From: Candidatus Fraserbacteria bacterium
Lineage (GTDB): Bacteria > Bipolaricaulota > Bipolaricaulia > RBG-16-55-9
Length of the DNA: 28,021 nucleotides
Direction: 5' to 3'
Assembly (NCBI GenBank): GCA_037442925.1
Contig: JBBIPG010000030.1
Coordinates: 1-28,021, forward strand
Shown here: piece after piece, positions 17,807-26,332 of the stretch
How positions within the stretch are numbered: position 1 is the stretch's first letter
Layout of the letters: each line of letters opens with the position of its first letter
The notes under the pieces: generated by a model
The model's database searches: none
Told to the model about the DNA's origin: nothing
What the model saw: only the letters and a program-made list of their open reading frames with translations
Translations under genes and position numbers: made by a program

Positions 17807-19669
17807 ATGGCGAAAGAGAAGATCGTGGGAATTGATCTCGGAACTACGTTCTCTGCGCTGGCCATCGTGGAAGGCGGCAAGCCGGATATCATCCCCAATG
17901 CCGAGGGCGAACGGATCACGCCTTCCGTAGTCGCCTTTGCAGAGAATGGAGAGCGCATCGTGGGCAGCTTGGCGCGACGCCAAGCCGTCACCAATCCGGA
18001 GCGCACGATTCTGGAGATCAAGCGCAAGATGGGGACCGACCATCGGGTGAAGATTCAGACGAGCGCTTGGACCAAAGAGTTCTCACCGGAGGAGATCTCG
18101 GCCATGATCCTGCAAAAGCTCAAGGCCGATGCGGAGGAACGACTGGGTCACAAGATCAAGAAGGCCGTGGTCACCTGTCCGGCGTACTTTAATAACATGC
18201 AACGGCAAGCCACAAAAGACGCCGGCAAGATTGCCGGGCTTGAAGTGATGCGCGTCTTCAACGAGCCCACGGCCGCCGCACTGGCCTACGGCCTCGATAA
18301 AGAGAAGGATCAGACGATCCTCGTCTACGATCTCGGTGGCGGAACGTTCGACATTTCGATCCTCGAAATCGGCGAGGGCGTCTTTGAAGTGGTTGCCACC
18401 GGAGGCGACACGCAGCTCGGTGGGAAAGATTTCGATGAGCGAATCATGCACTGGCTTGTCGAGGAATTCAGAGCAGAGACCGGTATCGATCTGAGAAAGG
18501 ACTTGTCGGCCATGCAGCGGCTGAAGGACGCGGCCGAGAATGCCAAGAAGGAGCTCTCGTTCAAGCAAGAGACACCGATCAACTTGCCCTACATCACGGC
18601 CGATGCCAAAGGTCCCAAGCACTTGGAGCGAAAACTCACGCGCGCCAAGTTGGAGAGCTTGATCGGTGATTACTTAGAGCGCTCGCTCACGCTCGTGCAG
18701 CAGACGCTTAAAGAAGCCAAGATGACTGAAAAAGATATCGATCAAGTGGTGCTCGTGGGAGGCTCAACGCGCATCCCCAAGGTGCAACAACTCCTTGAGC
18801 AAGTCATCCCCGGCAAGATCAACAAGGAGATCAACCCGGACGAAGTCGTGGCGCTAGGAGCAGCCTTGCAAGGAGCCGTCTTGGCCGGAGAGATCGATGA
18901 GATCGTGTTGCTTGACGTCACGCCTCTGACTCTTTCCATTGAGACGCTCGGCGGGGTCGCTACACCCATCATCGAGAAGAATACGACCATACCGTGTGAG
19001 AAGACGCGGGTCTTCACGACAGCCGAGGACGGCCAGACTACAGTAGATATTCACATCACCCAGGGCGAGCGGAAATTCTCGGCCGACAACAAGAGTCTGG
19101 GCCGATTCCAATTGACGGGCATTCCCCCAGCCCCTCGCGGCATCCCGCAGATCGAAGTCAAGTTCGCCATCGACGCCGATGGACTTCTCAATGTCACAGC
19201 CAAAGATCTGGGCACGGGCAAGTCTGCCAGCATTCAGATTCGCGAGTCTTCGCGTCTTACGGAAGACGAGATCAAGCGCATGCAGCAAGCCGCAGTGGAG
19301 CATGCGGAAGAAGATCGCCGCAAGCTCGAAGAGATCGAGACGCGCAATCAAGCGGATCAGCTGGCTTACTCTGTGGAGAAGAGCCTGCGCGAGTTTGGAG
19401 ATAAAGTGAGCGAGGAGAGTCGGAAGAAGATTCAGACCAAAGTGGACGAACTGAAGGACCTGCTGAAGCGGGAAACCACAGTGGCAGAGCTTAGACGTGT
19501 TATGGAGGAACTCAAGCAAGCTTCCTTTGAGCTGGGCCAGCAGATCTACCAGAAGCAGGCCGAAGCGGCCGCGGCAAGCCAAGCGAGCGCCGATGGCAGC
19601 GATCAGAGCCGCAAGGGCACCGGAGACTATGTCGAAGCCGAGTACGAGAAGGAAGACGACAAGAAGTGA
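17807..19669 (+). CDS. dnaK: Chaperone DnaK (Hsp70), 620 aa
   Basis: [55 protein letters not shown]. Start at ATG 17807, 8 nt after AAGGAG. Confidence 0.98.
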   Translation: MAKEKIVGIDLGTTFSALAIVEGGKPDIIPNAEGERITPSVVAFAENGERIVGSLARRQAVTNPERTILEIKRKMGTDHRVKIQTSAWTKEFSPEEISAMILQKLKADAEERLGHKIKKAVVTCPAYFNNMQRQATKDAGKIAGLEVMRVFNEPTAAALAYGLDKEKDQTILVYDLGGGTFDISILEIGEGVFEVVATGGDTQLGGKDFDERIMHWLVEEFRAETGIDLRKDLSAMQRLKDAAENAKKELSFKQETPINLPYITADAKGPKHLERKLTRAKLESLIGDYLERSLTLVQQTLKEAKMTEKDIDQVVLVGGSTRIPKVQQLLEQVIPGKINKEINPDEVVALGAALQGAVLAGEIDEIVLLDVTPLTLSIETLGGVATPIIEKNTTIPCEKTRVFTTAEDGQTTVDIHITQGERKFSADNKSLGRFQLTGIPPAPRGIPQIEVKFAIDADGLLNVTAKDLGTGKSASIQIRESSRLTEDEIKRMQQAAVEHAEEDRRKLEEIETRNQADQLAYSVEKSLREFGDKVSEESRKKIQTKVDELKDLLKRETTVAELRRVMEELKQASFELGQQIYQKQAEAAAASQASADGSDQSRKGTGDYVEAEYEKEDDKK

Positions 19670-19670
19670 G

Positions 19671-19713
19671 AGCAATCAGCTGGCTGACTGCTGACCGCTG
19701 AAGACTGAGAGCT
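19671..19713. repeat. Degenerate heptamer tandem repeat with an inverted copy, dnaK-dnaJ spacer
   Basis: GCTGACT-GCTGACC-GCTGAAG-ACTGAGA-GCT (19683-19713), preceded by AGCAATCAGC, which is complementary at 9/10 positions to 19683-19692. Confidence 0.7.
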
Positions 19714-19717
19714 ATCC

Positions 19718-20827
19718 ATGGCTGAGAGAGACTATTACGAGCTCTTAGGTGTCACCCGCGAGGCCTCGCCGGACGATATTAAGAAGGCATACCGGCGACT
19801 GGCGAAGAAATACCATCCCGATATCTCCAAGGATGGCACCAGTGCCGAGAAGTTCAAGGAGGTCGCGGAAGCCTATGAGGTGCTATCTGATCCGGAGAAG
19901 CGCGCGCAGTACGACCGCTTTGGTCATGTAGGGCCAGAGCAAGGCTTCGACTTTGACATTCGCGATTTCCGCCGCGCACGCGAAGCGTTCGAGGAGTTTG
20001 GCTTCGGAACGGCTTGGGACGATCTCTTTAGCATGTTCTTTGGCGAGGGGATGCGCACCGCAGGGACCCGTGTGCAGAAGAGGACCCGAGCTCAACGCGG
20101 CGAAGATCTCGAATACAGACTGCGACTTACGCTGGAGGACGCCGCCCAAGGCACTCGGGTTAAAGTGACTGTTCCCAGATACGTTCCGTGTGAACACTGC
20201 CGCGGTACGGGTCGTGAGCCAGGATCGAGCGTGCAGGTGTGTCCGACATGCCACGGGCGCGGTCAAATCGAGCACCGGCGTCGAACGATGTTGGGTAGCT
20301 TCATCAACGTGATGACTTGCAACCAATGTGAAGGCACGGGGCAGATCGTTCAGAATCCGTGCCGGAAGTGTGACAGTCAAGGCCGGATCTGGGAGCAGAG
20401 TCGTATCACGATCCAGGTGCCGCCGGGGGTGGATACGGGCTCCCGGCTGAGACTATCCGGCGAGGGAAACTCCGGCGTGAACGGCGGACCGCCGGGGGAT
20501 CTCTATATTGTCGTCGAGCTTGCCCCGCATAATACATTCACACGCAAAGGGGACGATCTCTACTGCGAAATCCCCATCACGTTCACCCAAGCTGCCCTGG
20601 GGGCCAAGATCAAAGTCCCCACGCTCTACGGACAAGAGGAATTGAGCATACCAGCAGGGACTCAATCTGGAGAGACATTTGTGTTGCGCGGCCAGGGGAT
20701 TCCGCACCTGAAGGGCCAAGGACGAGGGGATCAGTACGTGATGATTAAGGTCGTGACTCCCAAGAATCTCACGCGTCGGCAGCGACAGTTGCTCGAAGAG
20801 TTAGATCGAGAGCTGAAAGAGGCGTAA
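19718..20827 (+). CDS. dnaJ: Chaperone DnaJ
   Basis: J-domain with HPD, G/F-rich region, four CxxCxGxG-type motifs (the last CRKCDSQG), GDLY C-terminal domain. Confidence 0.98.
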   Translation: MAERDYYELLGVTREASPDDIKKAYRRLAKKYHPDISKDGTSAEKFKEVAEAYEVLSDPEKRAQYDRFGHVGPEQGFDFDIRDFRRAREAFEEFGFGTAWDDLFSMFFGEGMRTAGTRVQKRTRAQRGEDLEYRLRLTLEDAAQGTRVKVTVPRYVPCEHCRGTGREPGSSVQVCPTCHGRGQIEHRRRTMLGSFINVMTCNQCEGTGQIVQNPCRKCDSQGRIWEQSRITIQVPPGVDTGSRLRLSGEGNSGVNGGPPGDLYIVVELAPHNTFTRKGDDLYCEIPITFTQAALGAKIKVPTLYGQEELSIPAGTQSGETFVLRGQGIPHLKGQGRGDQYVMIKVVTPKNLTRRQRQLLEELDRELKEA

Positions 20828-20844
20828 GCCGCCCTTCACCTCCA

Positions 20845-21609
20845 TTAGCCATGGAACGTCAACCCGCCCGATACACTGAGCACTTGGCCTGTGATGTAAT
20901 TTGAGGCATCCGATGCAAAGAAGAGCACAGCATCGGCGATGTATTCCGGTTTTCCCAGGCCGAAGGGCATGATCTTCTCTATCGAGGTCAGGACTTTGTT
21001 CGCGAACTCATCTCGCTTCATCTCATTGTAGAGGGCAGTGTCCGTTGGGCCAGGGCAGATCACATTGACTCGAATGTTGTAGCGGGCGAACTCGCGCGCC
21101 CAGGTCTTGCTCATCGCGATCAGAGCGCCTTTGGTGCCGGAATAGACGGCCTCGCCCGTGCTGCCTACGCGTCCTGCATCGGAAGCGATGCTGATGATCT
21201 TGCCTTCTTTTCTCTGGATCATGTGCTCGACGACGGCGCGGGTGACGTAGATCGGGCCTTTGAGGTTGATGTTAATGATCTTATCCCATGTTTCCGGAGT
21301 GTTCTTGATGAACAGCTCAAGTTTATCCCAGCCAGCATTGTTGACGAGAATGTCAATTTGCCCGTAGTGCTTGATTGCACTCCCCACCATGTGGCGGACG
21401 TCGGTGTAGTTTGAGATGTCTGCCGTGATGGCAATTCCCTTGCCACTGAACTGTGAGATGAGCTTGACTGTTTCATCTGCTCGCTCTTGGCTGATGTCGT
21501 TGACGACGACGTTGGCGCCGTTTTCCGCCAGTTTCAACGCAATGGCGCGGCCAATCCCACTGCCAGCGCCTGTGACCAATACAGTCTTCCCCTTGAGATC
21601 GACGTTCAT
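20845..21609 (-). CDS. Short-chain dehydrogenase/reductase, BadH (2-hydroxycyclohexanecarboxyl-CoA dehydrogenase)-like
   Basis: TGAGSGIG, NNAGWD, SDAGRVGSTGEAVYSGTKG (YxxxK), CPGPTDT, GQVLSVSGGLT. AAGGAG SD. The SDR call is firm; the substrate is uncertain. Confidence 0.85.
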   Translation of the reverse strand: MNVDLKGKTVLVTGAGSGIGRAIALKLAENGANVVVNDISQERADETVKLISQFSGKGIAITADISNYTDVRHMVGSAIKHYGQIDILVNNAGWDKLELFIKNTPETWDKIININLKGPIYVTRAVVEHMIQRKEGKIISIASDAGRVGSTGEAVYSGTKGALIAMSKTWAREFARYNIRVNVICPGPTDTALYNEMKRDEFANKVLTSIEKIMPFGLGKPEYIADAVLFFASDASNYITGQVLSVSGGLTFHG

Positions 21610-21629
21610 TTTCGCTCCTTTACGTCTTT

Positions 21630-21658
21630 ATTGTTCTTGGAAGCGCACAGCCTGTCAA
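21630..21658 (-). promoter_or_regulatory. Possible internal promoter for the SDR gene
   Basis: Minus strand TTGACA-17 bp-AACAAT overlapping the ATP-grasp stop codon. The -10 box is imperfect. Confidence 0.4.
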
Positions 21659-22626
21659 ATAGAAGGGATGAGGCGGCGCCCTGCTGCATCGAGTTCTTTC
21701 ACCAGCAACTTAGCTACTCTGGCCCAGCCGTTCAGCCCATGCCGCTCCTCCACGCCGGGAGAGTAGTTCGTTGTCCCATTGACGTCATATGTGATCTTGT
21801 TGCCATGCTGATCTTCAATGAACTCAATTCCCGCTAGATCAATCTCGTTCTCACGCAGGAACGCAATATATTGCTCGATGATGGGATCATGGAAGCCTTC
21901 ACGCAGCGCAAAGAGGCTCTGGCGGTCTGAGTTGTCATTCGTGTTTGTATCGGTCGTGGGGCAGAAGGCATCGCCCGTCTCGCAGCGCTCGGCCGGGCAG
22001 AGTTGAAACCCACGGCTGGTGTCCGACTTGATGGCATACAAGAATTCTCCGTCGATGATCTCTACGCGGGTGATGAACGGCTCTTTGGGTTCAACATACT
22101 CTTGCAAGAGCGTGATGTGATCCGGTGGAGGCACAAACTCCGAGGAGTCTACGTACACATCAAAGGCTTCGAGGGAGCGGAAGAGCTGAACTCCCAGTCC
22201 CTTGCCACCGCGATTGTGCTTGGTGATGAACGGAAATGGCATTCGTCGAGCTGCTTCTTTCAGTGCCGAAGAACCACCGGCCACGGCGATGGTGTGAGGT
22301 GTCCTTAAGCCCGCTTTTCTTAACGCGGCATACTGTCGGACTTTGCTCATCTCTAGGGCAAACGCCCTACTGCCGTTGATGACCCGGCGCCCGTGGCTCT
22401 CCAGCCAGACGAGCAGTTCGCGCGTGAAATCCACGCTCTCCGTGTGTCCGCGCGTATGAGAGGAAGGACTCATGCGATTGAGGAACACGCCCTCCGGCGG
22501 CTCCTCACTCAGGTCGAAGTGTCCCGTTTGAATGAACCACTCTTCGTACGGCAGACCTGCCCTCGTAAGCTCGCGAGTCAGAGGAGGCAGCCAATCGGGA
22601 TTCTCATAGAGGATGTAGATCTTCAT
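21655..22626 (-). CDS. RimK/glutathione-synthetase-like ATP-grasp ligase, 323 aa
   Basis: VING...SKVRQY, PFITKHNRGGKGLGVQL, LLQEYV, AGIEFI, YDVNGTTNY. Start at ATG 22626 after AAAGGAG. Confidence 0.85.
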   Translation of the reverse strand: MKIYILYENPDWLPPLTRELTRAGLPYEEWFIQTGHFDLSEEPPEGVFLNRMSPSSHTRGHTESVDFTRELLVWLESHGRRVINGSRAFALEMSKVRQYAALRKAGLRTPHTIAVAGGSSALKEAARRMPFPFITKHNRGGKGLGVQLFRSLEAFDVYVDSSEFVPPPDHITLLQEYVEPKEPFITRVEIIDGEFLYAIKSDTSRGFQLCPAERCETGDAFCPTTDTNTNDNSDRQSLFALREGFHDPIIEQYIAFLRENEIDLAGIEFIEDQHGNKITYDVNGTTNYSPGVEERHGLNGWARVAKLLVKELDAAGRRLIPSI

Positions 22627-22701
22627 GGGAACTCCTTTCACAAGTTTTTTGCGGAATCGAACTATTCGTGAGGTTGCAAGAAGGGAACTCGAACGGCGGG
22701 A

Positions 22702-22770
22702 TCAGTGGAGCGTCAACAAAGGCGCTCGCCCACATTCACTTTGGGTGCAACAAAGGCGATCACTTAGCAT
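22702..22770 (-). CDS. Putative Cys-containing leader peptide MLSDRLCCTQSECGRAPLLTLH (22 aa)
   Basis: Below the ORF-track cutoff. Lies between the promoter at 22806-22834 and the ATP-grasp gene. Strong SD GGAGGGAG 8 nt before the ATG. Tandem TGT-TGC codons. Confidence 0.65.
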   Translation of the reverse strand: MLSDRLCCTQSECGRAPLLTLH

Positions 22771-22805
22771 TGTGTGTGCTCCCTCCGTATCACTGAAATC
22801 TGCTG

Positions 22806-22834
22806 ATTATAGCTGAGAGAATGCGGAGCGTCAA
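22806..22834 (-). promoter_or_regulatory. Sigma70-type promoter for the leader peptide and ATP-grasp gene
   Basis: Minus strand TTGACG-17 bp-TATAAT. Confidence 0.85.
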
Positions 22835-22862
22835 GGTCCACATTCTGGAGATGAGGGAGACT

Positions 22863-22891
22863 TTGAATGAACCCATGCGGCCATGTAAGAT
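22863..22891 (+). promoter_or_regulatory. Sigma70-type promoter for the DUF3179 gene
   Basis: TTGAAT-17 bp-TAAGAT, followed by AGGAGG. Confidence 0.6.
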
Positions 22892-22918
22892 GAACACAGA
22901 TTAGGAGGGATGCTGTCG

Positions 22919-24181
22919 ATGAGACGCTCGACTGTCTTTGTGTTACTGACCCTGGGCTTGGGAGCCATACTGCTCAGCTGGCTCCTTACTGGCCCCTGGG
23001 GACAGTCACTCTTCCGGGCTGCTCAGCCCTTAGCCGCTGACGTAATCGCTGCTCTTCCTGAGGTAGGACTGCCTGAGGATGCGATCCGGCATGGCAATCT
23101 TGGCCTGAAGTACCTCACTGCCGAAGAGTTGCGCGAGCTGAAGGTTTCCATGGATTTAACGAATGTGCCCTATCTGGGGTCGCTCGATCTCGACCGTTGG
23201 GCTCCTGTTCTCCCCATGGATGCCATTGCCTCCATCACACATCCTGATTTCACCACGGCTGAAAAGACCGATCTCTGGCTCAAGGACGATGATCTCGTCC
23301 TGGGCATCGTCTACCGAGATATTGTGAGATCCTATCCGGTACGCATCCTAGATCGACACGAAATCATCAACGACTGGTTCGGCGACATTCCTGTGGCTGT
23401 GACGTATTGTCCTCTCTGCTATTCCGCCCTTGTCTTCAAACGGCCTCGGATCGCAGATCAGGTCTTGGAGTTTGGAGTCTCCGGTCGGCTCTACAATGCG
23501 AATCTCCTGATGTACGATCGACAGACCGGTTCACTCTGGGACCAGTTTATGGGCAGAGTGATTGCCGGGCCGTTATTAGGAAAGACACCCCCGCTAGAGC
23601 GCATGCCGGTTGACGTTGTCTCATGGGGGATTTGGAAGCAAATTCATCCCGACACGCAAGTTCTCGCACGGCCCAGTCAAATAGAGACGCCCAGAGGGAG
23701 GAGATATTTCGCCCCCAGCCGTTACGAGCGCTACGCCTATGACGAGTATCGCCTGAAGCCGGAAGTGGGTTACGGTGTGGATATTCGCGAGCTGGATCTG
23801 AAGGGGATGAATAGCAAACGCAAAATCGTGGGGATCGTGGTCAACGATCAACCCAAAGCCTACGTGGAATTCGTCGTCAAAGAAGTCAAAATCATAAATG
23901 ACGTGGTCGGTAGAGAGCCCATTCTGATTCTGAGCGCTCCGGACGATCGTATCCGGGTTTTCCGGCGAACCCTCCACAGTCAGGTACTGCAGTTTGCTCT
24001 TAGGGATGGTCAAATCATCGATCAAGAGACTCAGACGGTGTGGAGCTTTGATGGGGTCACACTCTCTGGACCCTTAAGCTCGCCAAGCAGCCGCCTGGAA
24101 GAACTTGTCGTAACCTCCTCTTTCTGGTTTGCCTGGGTTGCTTTCTACCCCGACACAGAGCTTTACTCTGAGGCACACTGA
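22919..24181 (+). CDS. DUF3179-domain exported protein with a CxxC motif
   Basis: N-terminal TM/signal segment, DAIASI..P.F, YPVRIL..HEIIND, VTYCPLC, FGVSGRLYNANLLMYDRQTGSLWDQ, FWFAW.AFYPDT. ATG 22919 fits the SD spacing better than 22910. Confidence 0.85.
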   Translation: MRRSTVFVLLTLGLGAILLSWLLTGPWGQSLFRAAQPLAADVIAALPEVGLPEDAIRHGNLGLKYLTAEELRELKVSMDLTNVPYLGSLDLDRWAPVLPMDAIASITHPDFTTAEKTDLWLKDDDLVLGIVYRDIVRSYPVRILDRHEIINDWFGDIPVAVTYCPLCYSALVFKRPRIADQVLEFGVSGRLYNANLLMYDRQTGSLWDQFMGRVIAGPLLGKTPPLERMPVDVVSWGIWKQIHPDTQVLARPSQIETPRGRRYFAPSRYERYAYDEYRLKPEVGYGVDIRELDLKGMNSKRKIVGIVVNDQPKAYVEFVVKEVKIINDVVGREPILILSAPDDRIRVFRRTLHSQVLQFALRDGQIIDQETQTVWSFDGVTLSGPLSSPSSRLEELVVTSSFWFAWVAFYPDTELYSEAH

Positions 24182-24282
24182 CCCCTTCTCCCTAGAAATC
24201 GAATTTGGAAGTGTGCGCACTACAGAGTCTATAATGGTGTGACATTCCAGACATTACTTAGAAACAACACAGGTGATCTCTG

Positions 24283-25377
24283 TTGAGCTTTGGTCAGTAT
24301 TTCATCGCTCGCACGCTGCTTGCGATCCCGATGATCTTGATTCTGGCAACTGTGGTCTTCATTCTATTGCGAGTGATGCCCGGGGATCCGTGCTTGGCGA
24401 TCCACGGAGGACGCAGCACGAAGCCGGTCTTGGAAAGCTGCCGCGAGAAGGCCGGGCTCAACCAGCCTCTCCCTCTTCAGTACGTGGACTATCTGACGGG
24501 TATCTGTTGCCGGGGCCAGATAGATGGGAATTACCCGTACTTACATTGGGAGCCACTGGACTTCGGCATCTCGTTCCGCTCGGGCCGAGCGGTACGCACG
24601 GAGATCTTGAGCAAACTGCCTGCGACCATGGAGTTGGCTCTCTCGGCCATGCTTATTGCCGTCTTAATTGGGCTTGTATCAGGAATTTGGGGCGCAGTCA
24701 AGAGGGATCGCCTCATCGATCATGGCCTGCGAATCTTCAACATCGCCGCCTTTGCGATTCCGATTTTCTGGTTGGGGCTGATGCTCCAGATCGTCTTCGG
24801 CGTCTTCTTCAATCACTGGTTTGGTTGGGGACTACCCATCGGTGGCCGCCTAGGCAGCATCAATGCCCTGGCCCTCAAGGAGCAGTGCGCTGATCTTGGC
24901 TGGTGTAGTGGATTTTACCTTATCGACAGCGTGCTTGTCGGGAACTGGACAGCTTTCGGCGATGCGTTGCTCCACCTCTTGCTACCCGCCTTCACATTGG
25001 GATTGGTCCTCTCGGGGATCATCGGGCGCATCAGCCGAGCAAATATGCTCGAAGTTCTCGACAAAGAATACGTGACGACGGCTCGTTCGAAGGGGCTGGA
25101 AGAGCGCTGGGTGGTTTTAAGTCATGCCCTGCGAAATGCACTCATTCCCATCGTGACCGTAATTGGCCTCCAGTTTGCGGTTCTGTTGGGTGGAGCCGTG
25201 CTAACGGAGACGGTCTTCACGTGGGACGGACTCGCTAGCTACCTGATCCGAGCCATTGGAGCCCGCGATTACAATGCCATACAGGGTTTCGTCGTCTTCT
25301 TCGCCATCTTTGTGTCCACCGTGAACTTGATTGTCGACCTCCTGTACTCACGACTCGACCCGAGGGTCAGATACTGA
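24283..25377 (+). CDS. Peptide/nickel ABC transporter permease (DppB/OppB family)
   Basis: MPGDP, GLNQPL..QY, LPATMELA, P.FWLGL, EAA-type motif YVTTARSKGL, HALRNALIP, LDPRVRY. TTG start after AGGTGA. Confidence 0.93.
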   Translation: MSFGQYFIARTLLAIPMILILATVVFILLRVMPGDPCLAIHGGRSTKPVLESCREKAGLNQPLPLQYVDYLTGICCRGQIDGNYPYLHWEPLDFGISFRSGRAVRTEILSKLPATMELALSAMLIAVLIGLVSGIWGAVKRDRLIDHGLRIFNIAAFAIPIFWLGLMLQIVFGVFFNHWFGWGLPIGGRLGSINALALKEQCADLGWCSGFYLIDSVLVGNWTAFGDALLHLLLPAFTLGLVLSGIIGRISRANMLEVLDKEYVTTARSKGLEERWVVLSHALRNALIPIVTVIGLQFAVLLGGAVLTETVFTWDGLASYLIRAIGARDYNAIQGFVVFFAIFVSTVNLIVDLLYSRLDPRVRY

Positions 25378-26216
25378 TGCGGCTCAATCCCTCGCTCACA
25401 GTCGGGCTTGTGATGGTGCTCTTCGTGGCCACCCTCACAATCTTCGCGGAGTTCATCGCCCCCTATGGCCCTGTCGAGCCGGTCGCTGGGCAATTCCTAA
25501 AGCCTCCCAGCGAAGCTCACCCCATGGGCACAAACAATCTGGAATACGATTTGTTGAGCCGAGTCATCTATGGTGGCCGCGTGCCGCTCATAGTGGCAGC
25601 CATCTCCACAACGCTCTCCCTGTTGATCGGGGTCCTATTGGGGTGGTTTTCGGGCTATTTCGGGGGTCTCATCGATCGATCGCTCTCTTTGGTCATGGAC
25701 GCCATGTACAGCTTTCCGGCCTTGATTCTCGCCATCGCCATCGTGGCCGTGCTCGGTCCCGGTGTGGTCAACATGGTCGTGGCCATCTTTATCGTTTACA
25801 TCCCCACCTACTTTCGCGTGGTACGCAGTCAAGTTCTCCAAGTCCGTGAACAAGAGTTCATCGAGGCCAGTCGCGCTCTCGGTCTCGGGCATGCACGAAT
25901 ACTCTTCCGGCACATCGCTCCCAATACGATCACATCCGTTATGGCCATTGTATCGTTCAACATCGCCGATGCGATCTTGACGGAGGCTGCCCTGAGCTTT
26001 CTGGGTCTTGGGCTGCCTCCTACGGTCAACCCGGGGGATCTGTGGGCGGCGGACTGGGGGGCCGACATACAACTCGGTCAACGCTTCCTCCAAGGAGGAC
26101 ATTGGTGGTTGATCACCTTCCCAGGGCTCATGATCGTTTTCGTCTCCTTGGGGTTCGGACTGATCGGTGAGGGAGTCAACGATCTCCTAAACCCACGACG
26201 GCGTCGACATCTTTGA
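25377..26216 (+). CDS. Peptide/nickel ABC transporter permease (DppC/OppC family)
   Basis: HPMGT, SGYFGG..D, EFIEASRALG, RHIAPN, EAALSFLGLG, WWLITFPG. Confidence 0.93.
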   Translation: MRLNPSLTVGLVMVLFVATLTIFAEFIAPYGPVEPVAGQFLKPPSEAHPMGTNNLEYDLLSRVIYGGRVPLIVAAISTTLSLLIGVLLGWFSGYFGGLIDRSLSLVMDAMYSFPALILAIAIVAVLGPGVVNMVVAIFIVYIPTYFRVVRSQVLQVREQEFIEASRALGLGHARILFRHIAPNTITSVMAIVSFNIADAILTEAALSFLGLGLPPTVNPGDLWAADWGADIQLGQRFLQGGHWWLITFPGLMIVFVSLGFGLIGEGVNDLLNPRRRRHL

Positions 26217-26237
26217 GCCGCCCGGCTTCCTTCGTAC

Positions 26238-26267
26238 TTGACTTTCTCCGTCCAACTGGTCTACTAT
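26238..26267 (+). promoter_or_regulatory. Sigma70-type promoter for the substrate-binding protein gene
   Basis: TTGACT-18 bp-TACTAT. AAGGAGG SD before ATG 26333. Confidence 0.6.
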
Positions 26268-26332
26268 TCACATGTTAAGAAATGGGCAAGTTGGAGCAAA
26301 CTCCCTTGCGCCCTAAAACCTAAGGAGGGTAT

